Source: an uncultured Gemmatimonadales bacterium
Lineage (GTDB): Bacteria; Gemmatimonadota; Gemmatimonadetes; Gemmatimonadales; GWC2-71-9
NCBI GenBank assembly: GCA_963730185.1
Contig: CAVSQW010000007.1
Span: forward strand, 576,001 to 640,000
Direction: 5' to 3'
Length of the DNA stretch: 64,000 nt
Below, in pieces: positions 40,012 through 48,937 of this stretch. The translations under genes and the position numbers were made by a program. The notes beneath the pieces are model-generated. The model was not told the origin of the DNA, ran no database searches, and worked only from the letters and a program-made list of their open reading frames with translations. Numbering within the stretch: the stretch's first letter is position 1; each line of letters starts with the position of its first letter.

Positions 40012-42632
40012 CGGCAACGCCGTCCGATCGCCTGGCTCGGGCCCTCGCCGACCGCTACCGGATCGAGCGCGAGCTCGGCCAGGGCGGGATGGCGACGGTC
40101 TATCTGGCCGCGGACCTGAAGCACGACCGCAAGGTCGCCATCAAGGTGCTGAAGCCCGAGCTGGCGGCGGTGCTCGGCGCCGAGCGGTTCGTGCAGGAGA
40201 TCAAGACCACCGCGGCCCTGTCCCATCCCCACATCCTGCCGCTCTTCGACTCCGGTGAAGCCGTCGGGTTTCTCTACTACGTCATGCCCTACGTCGAGGG
40301 CGAGACGATCCGCGACCGGCTCAACCGGGAGGCCCAGCTCGGCGTCGACGAGGCGGTGCGAATCACCACCGACGTGGCCGACGCCCTCCAGCATGCCCAC
40401 GAGCACGGGGTGATCCACCGGGACATCAAGCCGGAGAACATCCTGCTCCAGAACGGCCGCCCGATGGTGGCCGACTTCGGGATCGCGCTCGCGGTCTCGG
40501 CGGCCGCCGGCGGGCGGATGACGGAGACCGGACTCTCGTTAGGCACGCCGCACTACATGTCGCCGGAGCAGGCCACCGCCGAGAAGGAGATCACCGCCCG
40601 GAGCGACGTCTACTCGCTGGCCAGCGTGCTCTACGAAATGCTCGCCGGCCAGCCGCCGCACCTCGGCGGCTCGGCCCAGCAGATCATCATGAAGATCGTG
40701 GCCGAGCCGGTGCCGCCGGTGACCCGGTTCCGGAGGACGGTGCCGCCGAACGTCGCGGCGGCGCTGGCCAAAGCGCTCGAGAAGCTGCCCGCCGATCGGT
40801 TCGCCACCGCGAGCGAGTTCGCCCGCGCCCTGAGCGACCCGGCCTTCCGCGACGGCGCCGGGACCGAGGCCGGCGCCACGGCGGGCGGCGCCCGGGCGCC
40901 GGCGTCGCGGGGGCTCCGGATCGGTCTGGCGATCGGGGCGTTGGCGCTCGCCGGAGCCGCCTTCCTGATCGGCCGCCGCACGGCCCCCCGGCCGAACGTC
41001 GTCGACGTGGGCCTCCCGGATACGGCCCAGTTCGCGTTCGTGGACGACACGCCGTGGGGCATGGAGCTACCCGGCCTGGTGGTGTCGCCCGACGGGGATT
41101 TCGCCGTCTACGTCGCCCGCCGGGGCGCCTTCACCGAGCTCTGGTACCGGAGCCTGGTGGGGCCCGTGGCCCGGCCGCTGCCCGGAACCCGGGGCGCCAA
41201 CGTCCCAGCGATCTCGCCTGACGGCCACTGGGTCAGCTTCATGGCGGGGCGGGTGCTCAAGAAGGTGGCGACCGACGGCAGCGCGCCGGCGGCCGACGTC
41301 GCGGAGGTGGTCGATCCGTGGGGCTCCACCTGGACCGGTCCGGACGAGCTGCTGGCGGCGGCGGATCAGGGGAACCGCACCGAGTGGGTTCGGATGAGCG
41401 ACGGGGAGAAGAGCCGCAGCGGCGGTCCTTGTGCCTTCCCCCAGCGGATCCCGGACACCAACGACTTCCTGTGTCACCCCTCGGGGGGGACGCAGTGGGT
41501 TCGGGTGGTGACGCCGACGGCGGACGGCTCGCTGCCGATGTCGCCGATGGCGGGCACCATCCTGGGCGACAGCACCCGGCCCGTGCTGAGTCACGAGTCC
41601 TTCATCGTCGGGGATCGGCTCGTCTTCGTCGATGCCGACGGTAACCTCGAGGCCGCGCGGTACGACCGGGCCACCCGCGCTCTCGGTCCACGGTCCGTCG
41701 TCCGGCGCGGGCTCCGGCGCTCGTTCTTTGCCATCGCGGGGCACCTCGGCGTCACCCGCGCCGGTGACCTCGTCTACGTCCCCGGTTCGAACGGGGCGAT
41801 CGGGCAGTTCGTGGCGAGGCCGCCGGGGGGCGCCGCCCGGGCGCTTCCGATCCCCGCCGGGGAGTACCATCACTTCACCGTCTCCGCCGACGGCCGCCGG
41901 ATCGCGGCCACCGCGCGGGGCGTCGGCGGCGACGAGCTCTGGATCTTCGACGCCGAGACCGGTCGGGGCGATCGGGTGGCGGTCGCGTTCCTTCTCTCGC
42001 ACCCGATCTGGGCTCCCGACGGAACCCTGGCGTACGCGGTCCGTGACACGGCGGGCAGCGAGATGGCGACGGCTCTGCTGCCGCCCGATGGCGGCCGTCC
42101 GTCGCGGCTCACCGGCGTGGCGGTCTTCCCCGCCGCGTTCCTGGCCCGGCGCACCCTGGTGGCCAACACCGTGGACGATCCCGACATCGCCGTCGTGAGC
42201 CTCGACGGCGACCGGGTCGTCCGGGCCGACACGGTGAAGCTGCCCAACAGCCAGTACTTTCCGGTGGTCTCGCCGGACGGGCGCTGGCTCGCGTACGGCG
42301 GGACGGAGCGGGGGATCGCCCAGCTCTTCGTGACGCCGTACCCCGCGATGGACCGCCAGTACCGGGTCTCGGCGGACGTCGGAACGGAGCCGGTCTGGCT
42401 GCCGGATGCCAGCCTCGTCTACCGGAAGGGGTCGTGCTGGTACCGGCTCCGGCCGAACCCGGCCGCCGCGCCGCCGCTCTCGGCTCCGGTGCTCGCCTTC
42501 TGCGACGACAAGTTTCTCAATACGGTGGGCCCCTCCAACACCAGCATGCCGGACGGAAGCGTCCTCTATCTCAGGACCGTCGCGCCGACGACGGCCGGCT
42601 ACCTGCGGATCGTTCGCGACTGGCTGAAGTGA
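40008..42632 (+). CDS. Receptor-like Ser/Thr kinase K10: kinase-TM-PD40 beta-propeller
   Basis: ATGA overlap with K9; intact kinase; SPDG blades; ends YLRIVRDWLK. Confidence 0.92.
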   Translation: MTATPSDRLARALADRYRIERELGQGGMATVYLAADLKHDRKVAIKVLKPELAAVLGAERFVQEIKTTAALSHPHILPLFDSGEAVGFLYYVMPYVEGETIRDRLNREAQLGVDEAVRITTDVADALQHAHEHGVIHRDIKPENILLQNGRPMVADFGIALAVSAAAGGRMTETGLSLGTPHYMSPEQATAEKEITARSDVYSLASVLYEMLAGQPPHLGGSAQQIIMKIVAEPVPPVTRFRRTVPPNVAAALAKALEKLPADRFATASEFARALSDPAFRDGAGTEAGATAGGARAPASRGLRIGLAIGALALAGAAFLIGRRTAPRPNVVDVGLPDTAQFAFVDDTPWGMELPGLVVSPDGDFAVYVARRGAFTELWYRSLVGPVARPLPGTRGANVPAISPDGHWVSFMAGRVLKKVATDGSAPAADVAEVVDPWGSTWTGPDELLAAADQGNRTEWVRMSDGEKSRSGGPCAFPQRIPDTNDFLCHPSGGTQWVRVVTPTADGSLPMSPMAGTILGDSTRPVLSHESFIVGDRLVFVDADGNLEAARYDRATRALGPRSVVRRGLRRSFFAIAGHLGVTRAGDLVYVPGSNGAIGQFVARPPGGAARALPIPAGEYHHFTVSADGRRIAATARGVGGDELWIFDAETGRGDRVAVAFLLSHPIWAPDGTLAYAVRDTAGSEMATALLPPDGGRPSRLTGVAVFPAAFLARRTLVANTVDDPDIAVVSLDGDRVVRADTVKLPNSQYFPVVSPDGRWLAYGGTERGIAQLFVTPYPAMDRQYRVSADVGTEPVWLPDASLVYRKGSCWYRLRPNPAAAPPLSAPVLAFCDDKFLNTVGPSNTSMPDGSVLYLRTVAPTTAGYLRIVRDWLK

Positions 42633-42802
42633 TCGGCCCAGCGGCTCCACTCCAGTCGGCGCCGCCGATCCGCCACGCCCAACCCTAAGGCGGCGGCCGC
42701 TTCCCCGTCTCGCACTCCCCCGTGTCGGGTTCCCGCGCAAATCCGCTCTCCCCTTTGACGAGCCCGCATTCGCGCGGCGCCCGGTCTTCCAGGGGAGAGA
42801 TC

Positions 42803-43520
42803 ATGACGACGACACCACGATGGCTGGCATTGGGGCTGCTGGTTCTGGCGGCCTGCGGACCGGAATCGGTCACCGCCCCCGAACGACGCGGAGCTGGCGG
42901 GCGCCGAGGCCTTCCTGTCGACCAGCTGCGGCAGCTGTCACCGCGGGCCGGCGTTCACCGACCACCGGTTCCACAACGTGGCCGTGGCGCAGGTCGGCCC
43001 GGGCGAGGGCGATGGGGTCGGCGGCACCGACGACTTCGGCCGGGAGCGGGTGACCGGCGACGCCGCCGATCGCTATCGCTTCCGGACCACCCCGCTTCGG
43101 AACGTCGTGCTCACCGGCCCCTACGGCCACGACGGGGCGTTTCCGTCGCTCCGCGAGTTCGTCGCGCACTACTCCGAGGCGGAGGCCAAGCTGCGCCAGT
43201 TCGACGTCGGCACGATCGAGCCGCTGCTCCGGGGAACGCTGGTGGCCAACGCCGACGCCGTAGTCTCGACCATGGACCGGCGGCTCGACGGGCTGGTGCT
43301 GACGAGCGACGTCGTGGACCAGCTGACCACCTTCATGGAGGCGCTGACCGACCCGGCCGCGACGCACCTCGATCGGCTGATTCCCGGGCGGGTGCCGAGC
43401 GGGCTGCCGGTCGAGGGCTGCTTCAGGAATTTTCGTCGATACCCCGCCGAAGTGTCGCGTAACTCGATTGCGGGACTATATTTGGCTGACCGCAGGCCAG
43501 CAGCCTGGCAGCACCCGTAA
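42803..43520 (+). pseudogene. Internally deleted di-haem cytochrome c peroxidase (CCP/MauG-like) gene
   Basis: Lipoprotein signal (LLVLAAC) joined out of frame near 42880 to the second haem domain: SCGSCHRGPAFTDHRFHN, FRTTPLRNVVLTGPYGHDG; first haem domain missing. Confidence 0.78.
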
Positions 43521-43650
43521 CGACAGCTTTTGAACTGCTCCCTGACCGCACCCGACCGGGGTCGGTCCAGCCGGCTTGATCGACCAAGCCGGCCACCAGG
43601 GTACCGATGACGGGAAGCCTCACCATTCAAGGCCCGGGTCGGGCGTCGCG
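43452..43650 (+). promoter_or_regulatory. Conserved promoter plus structured 5' leader, copy 1 (upstream of K11)
   Basis: Aligns with 54411-54606; contains CTATATTTGG and nested stems cccgt/acggg, ccctg/caggg, gaccg/cggtc and gccggc/gccggc. Confidence 0.55.
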
Positions 43651-46275
43651 GTGACGGACGCCTCATCCCGACTCACGTCCGCGCTCGCCGATCGCTACCG
43701 GATCGAGCGGGAGCTCGGGGCGGGCGGGATGGCCACGGTGTATCTCGCGGAGGACCTGAAGCACGACCGCAAGGTCGCCATCAAGGTCCTCAAGCCCGAG
43801 CTGGCCGCGGTGCTGGGCGCCGAGCGGTTCGTGCAGGAGATCAAGACCACCGCGGCCCTCTCCCATCCGCACATCCTGCCCCTGTTCGACAGCGGCGAGG
43901 CCGGCGGGTTCCTCTACTACGTGATGCCCTACATCGAGGGCGAGACCATTCGGGACCGCCTCAACCGGGAGACCCAGCTCGGCGTGGACGAGGCGGTCCG
44001 GATCACGGTCGAGGTGGCCGACGCCTTGGACTACGCCCACCGGCATGGGGTGATCCACCGGGACATCAAGCCGGAGAACATCCTGCTGCACGACGGGCGG
44101 GCGATGGTGATGGACTTCGGGATCGCGCTGGCGGTGAGTGCCGCGGCCGGGGGGCGGATGACGGAGACGGGGCTCTCGTTAGGCACGCCGCATTACATGA
44201 GCCCCGAGCAGGCCACGGCCGACAAGCAGATCACGGCGCGCTCGGACGTCTACTCCCTGGCCAGCGTGCTCTACGAGATGCTGGCCGGCGAGCCGCCCCA
44301 TCTGGGCAACTCGGCGCAGCAGATCATCATGAAGATCGTGACCGACGAGGCCCGGCCGGTCAGCGATCTCCGGAAGGCGACCCCGCCGAACGTCGTGGCG
44401 GCCGTGAGCCGGGCGCTCCAGAAGCTGCCGGCGGACCGCTTCGCGTCGGCGAGCGAATTCGGGGCGGCGCTCACGGGCGGCCCCGGGGCGCTGCCGCTCA
44501 GTGCCGGTGCCGGGACGGCAGCGGGATCCGTCACCCGGTGGCGGCGGCTTGCGCTCGGGGCCGGCGTCGTGGCGGCGGTGGCCGTCGCCGTCCTGCTCTG
44601 GACCCTGGCCCGCCGGGCGCCGGGCGGCCCGGCGGACGGGCCGATCGCGTTCACCTTTCGGCCCAGCCTGAATCAATCCCAGCGGATCGGCATCGCGATC
44701 TCGCCAGACGGCCGGCAGATCCTGATTCCGGCGCCGGACTCGAACGGGGTCGAGGGTCTCCTGGTCAGGGACCTGGCCTCGCCGGGCGTCGCGTGGATCC
44801 CGGGCGCGGCGCGGGCGTCGGAAGCCAGCTTCTCTCCCGACGGCCGGTGGGTGGTCTACGACGCCGACTCCAAGCTGTACAAGGTCCCGGTGGCCGGCGG
44901 CCCGCCGGTGGAGCTGGTCGACTCGCTCAGGCCGACGGGAGCGTTCTGGGGGGCCAACGGCTGGATCGCCTTCTCGGCGTCCAACGCCGGACTCTGGCGG
45001 GTGCGGGAGTCGGGCGGCGAGCCGGAGCAGCTCACCCGGCTCGACTCGACCCGGCGGGAGTTCGCGCACTTCGCCCCGGTCGAGCTTCCGGGTGGCAAGG
45101 CGGCGATCTACAACAGCTACGCCACGCCGCTCGCCCGCTCGCGGATCGAAGCGGTCGAGTACGCCACCGGCCGGAAGACGGTGCTGGTCGATGGCGCGAT
45201 CCTCCCTCGTTACCTCGACGGCTACCTGCTCTACGTTCGGGACGGCGCCATCTTCGCGGCGCCCTTCGATCCCGGCCGGCTCAAGGTGCTCGCGCCGGCC
45301 GTGCCGGTGGTGGAGGACGTTGCCTGGGATCTGACCGAAGGCAGCGCCGGATACTCGGTGTCCGACAACGGCACGCTGGTGTACCTCAAGGCGTCGGCCT
45401 GGAACCAGGAGCGGCAGGTCGTCTGGGTGGACCGGCAGGGCAACGCGCGGCCGGCGCTTCCCCGGCCCGGACAGTGGGCGGAGCCCCGGATCTCGCCCGA
45501 CGGCCGGTGGCTGGCCGTCACGGGACTGGACCCGTCACACCAAATCTGGCTCTTCGATCGGACCCGCCGGGTGCTCACCCAGCTGACCCACTCGGCGGGG
45601 GCGTCGTTCGACCCGAACTGGATGCCCGACAGCCGTTCTCTGGCCTACTCCCTCGAGACACCGGTGTACGATGTGGGGCGAATCTCGATCGACGGCGGGA
45701 CCGTGGACACGGTCCTGATGACCCCGATCGACAAGCTCCCGAGCGCGGTTTCGGCCGACGGCAAGCTGGTGGCCTATACGGGCTACGGGAACCGCCAGGT
45801 GACCGGGGTGGCCCCGATCGACGGGAGCCGGCCCCCGGTGGTCGACGATGACGGGCGGGACCGCGCCAACCAGGCCTTTTCGCCCGACGGCCGGTGGCTG
45901 GCGTACGAGGAGGTCGTCTCGGACCGGCCGCAGGTCTTCGTTCGCCTGATGAGCGGCGGCGGCCGCCGGCAGGTCTCGGCGACCGGGGGCACCCAGCCCC
46001 GCTGGACCAAGGGGGGCAGGGAGCTCGTCTACCGCGACGGCGACGCGGTGTACGCCGTCTCCTTCCAGCCGGCCACCGGCGACCCGGGCACTCCGATGCG
46101 CCTCTTCGCCTTGCGGGATGCCGGCCGGGTCAACCGGGACCGCACCGTCGGCTACGACGTCACCCCCGACGGGTCGGAGTTCCTGATGGTGGAGCCGGTG
46201 GTGCGGCCCGAGGTTCAGCCGGTGGTGGTGATCGTCGATTGGATCGCGCAGCTCCGGAAGAAGGTGCCCCGATGA
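43651..46275 (+). CDS. Receptor-like Ser/Thr kinase K11: kinase-TM-PD40 beta-propeller
   Basis: GTG start (VTDASSRLTSALADRY); intact kinase; TM helix; SPDG blades. Confidence 0.92.
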   Translation: MTDASSRLTSALADRYRIERELGAGGMATVYLAEDLKHDRKVAIKVLKPELAAVLGAERFVQEIKTTAALSHPHILPLFDSGEAGGFLYYVMPYIEGETIRDRLNRETQLGVDEAVRITVEVADALDYAHRHGVIHRDIKPENILLHDGRAMVMDFGIALAVSAAAGGRMTETGLSLGTPHYMSPEQATADKQITARSDVYSLASVLYEMLAGEPPHLGNSAQQIIMKIVTDEARPVSDLRKATPPNVVAAVSRALQKLPADRFASASEFGAALTGGPGALPLSAGAGTAAGSVTRWRRLALGAGVVAAVAVAVLLWTLARRAPGGPADGPIAFTFRPSLNQSQRIGIAISPDGRQILIPAPDSNGVEGLLVRDLASPGVAWIPGAARASEASFSPDGRWVVYDADSKLYKVPVAGGPPVELVDSLRPTGAFWGANGWIAFSASNAGLWRVRESGGEPEQLTRLDSTRREFAHFAPVELPGGKAAIYNSYATPLARSRIEAVEYATGRKTVLVDGAILPRYLDGYLLYVRDGAIFAAPFDPGRLKVLAPAVPVVEDVAWDLTEGSAGYSVSDNGTLVYLKASAWNQERQVVWVDRQGNARPALPRPGQWAEPRISPDGRWLAVTGLDPSHQIWLFDRTRRVLTQLTHSAGASFDPNWMPDSRSLAYSLETPVYDVGRISIDGGTVDTVLMTPIDKLPSAVSADGKLVAYTGYGNRQVTGVAPIDGSRPPVVDDDGRDRANQAFSPDGRWLAYEEVVSDRPQVFVRLMSGGGRRQVSATGGTQPRWTKGGRELVYRDGDAVYAVSFQPATGDPGTPMRLFALRDAGRVNRDRTVGYDVTPDGSEFLMVEPVVRPEVQPVVVIVDWIAQLRKKVPR

Positions 46276-48937
46276 CGGCGCCGGGTCGGCTCGCCGCGGC
46301 TCTCCGGACCGCTACCGGATCGAGCGGGAGCTCGGCGCGGGCGGCATGGCGACCGTGTATCTGGCCGAGGATCTCAAGCACGACCGGAAGGTCGCGATCA
46401 AGGTGCTGAAGCCGGAGCTGGCGGCGGTGCTGGGCGCCGAGCGGTTCGTGCAGGAGATCAAGACCACGGCGGCGCTCTCGCATCCGAACATCCTGCCGCT
46501 CTTCGATTCCGGCGAGGCCGGCGGCTACCTGTACTACGTGATGCCGTACCTCGAGGGCGAGACCATCCGCGAGAAGCTGAACCGCGAAGCGCAGTTCGGG
46601 ATCGAGGAGGCACTGAAGATCACGACCGAGGTGGCCGAGGCGCTGGAGTATGCCCACCGGCACGGCGTGATCCATCGCGACATCAAGCCGGAAAACGTCC
46701 TGCTGCACGCCGGGCGCCCGATGGTGATGGACTTCGGGATCGCGCTCGCGGTGTCCGCCGCGGCGGGCGGGCGGATGACGGAGACGGGGCTGTCGTTAGG
46801 CACGCCGCACTACATGAGCCCCGAGCAGGCGACGGCGGACAAGCAGATCACGGCCCGGAGCGACGTCTACTCGCTGGCGAGCGTGCTCTACGAGATGCTG
46901 GCGGGGGAGCCGCCGCACACGGGCGGGTCGGCCCAGGCGATCATCATGAAGATCGTCACCGACGTGCCCCGGCCGGTGACCGAGCTGCGCAAGAGCGTGC
47001 CGCCGAACGTCGAAGCGGCGCTGAGCAAGGCGCTGGAGAAGGTGCCGGCCGATCGCTTCGCCACGGCGCAGGCGTTCGCGCAGGCGCTGCACGACCCGGC
47101 GAGCGCGGCGATGCTCGCCGCCCGGGGCGCGGTGGCCGGCGGTGGATGGAAGGCCAATGTCCGGAATCCGGTCGTGTGGGTCCTCGCGCTCCTCGCCGCC
47201 GGGGCGTCGGCGCTGGCCATGCACGAGCGGTCGGCCGCTTGGGCGGCCGGGCCCGACGCCGTGGTCCGCTTCAAGGTGACCATGCCGGCGGGGTCTCAGC
47301 TCGCCCTCGACGACCCGCAGGGGCCCGATCTGGCGATCTCGGCCGACGGCTCGACCGTGGCCTTCCCGGCGGGCGACCGGCAAGGCCGGCGGCAGATCTA
47401 CGTGCGCCGGCTGGACGAGCCGGTCGCGCGGGCGCTCCCCGGAACCGACGGCGGCTTTCTCCCGGCCTTCTCGCCCGACGGGACCCGCCTCGCCTTTTGG
47501 GTTGCCGGCCGGGTGGCGACGATCTCCCTCGACGGCGGGGCGCCGCACGCCGCCGGCGAGTTCGGGAGCCTCAACGCCCTCCGCTGGGTCAGCGACGGCG
47601 AGCTGATCTTCGCCGCCGGGTCCACGCTAGGACCGCGCCGGATCATGCGGGTGGCCGTCGCCGGTTGTGAGCCGCGCCCGGTCGCACCCCTGGATACCGC
47701 CCATGGCGAGATGGGCCAGTTCTTCCCGGTGGCCCTCCCGGACGGGAAGCACGTGCTGTACGAGAGCTGGGGACACGGCGCCGCCGAGGATGCCCGGATC
47801 GGGATGCTCGACCTCGAGACGGGACGGGCCCGGCGGCTCGATCTTCCCGGGACGACGCCCCTCGGGGTCTTGGACGGCACGCTCATCTACGCGGATCAGA
47901 CGGGGACCATCCTCGCGGTGCCGTTCGACGTGAGGTCGGGATCCGTCGGCGGGCGCCCGGTGCCGGTGGGCGGCGGCGTGGCAACCAGCGCCCGGGGCCT
48001 CGCCGTGGCGAGTCTCTCGCCCACGGGCACCCTCGCGTACAAGGGCGGGAGTGCCGAGGCGACTCTCGTGCTGGCGAACGCCTCCGGGGAGGCGGCGCTC
48101 CTGCCGACTCCGGATGCCCGCGCCTTCGCGTTTCCACGCTACTCCCCCGACGGGTCCAAAGTCGCCCTGGCCGTCGGGAGCGGCACCTCCACCGACGTGT
48201 GGGTAGCGGACGTCGCGTCGGGAAATCTTCTCCGCTTGAGCAACGGGGGGAGCGTCAACGACCGCCCCGAATGGTCCCCGGATGGCAAACAGGTTCTCTT
48301 CCGGACGGTGCGTGGCGGTCGCTCGGCCATCTGGTGGCAACCGGCGGATCAGAGCGCGCCCGCCACGCCCCTCGTGGCGAACGACAGCGCGGACTACTTC
48401 GAGGCGGTCGTCACGCCGGATGGCCGGCAGCTGGTGTTCCAGGTGGACAATGGACAGGCGGACGTCATGAGGCGGCCGATCGGGGGCGGCGGCGCGACGC
48501 CGATCGCGAACACCCCTGCGCTCGAGTCCCAGGCCCGGGTGTCTCCCGACGGCCGGTGGGTGGCGTTGGTCAGCGACGCCGACGGCGCCCCTCGGGTGGT
48601 GGTCCAGCCGCTGACCGGTCCGGGGGCCAAGGTACCGATCTCGCTTCGCGGCGGGAACGAGCCGGTGTGGTCGCGAGATGGCCGGCGGATCTTCTACCGT
48701 GCCGAGGGCAAGTTCCGGGTCGCCGAGGTGTCGGCCTCGCCGACGTTCCGGGTCGTGTCCCGTCACGACTTCATGGTCGATGGCTACCTGACGTCTCCCG
48801 CGCCGCATGCCAACTACGACGTGGCCCCCGACGGGAAGAGCCTCCTGGTCCTCAAGGGCGAGGCCGCCGACTTGTTGGTCGTGCACGGGTGGATCTCGGA
48901 AGTCCGGGCGAAGCTGGCGGAGGGAGGGGGGCGATGA
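46272..48937 (+). CDS. Receptor-like Ser/Thr kinase K12: kinase-TM-PD40 beta-propeller, 1-bp frameshift near 46305
   Basis: ATGA overlap with K11; MTAPGRLAAAL, then a shift to DRYRIERELG; remainder intact. Confidence 0.9.

Noticed and set aside
43452..43650. Duplicated leader as a TPP, cobalamin, c-di-GMP riboswitch or 6S RNA
   Set aside because: The consensus signatures I recall for these RNAs are not present; left as an unassigned candidate
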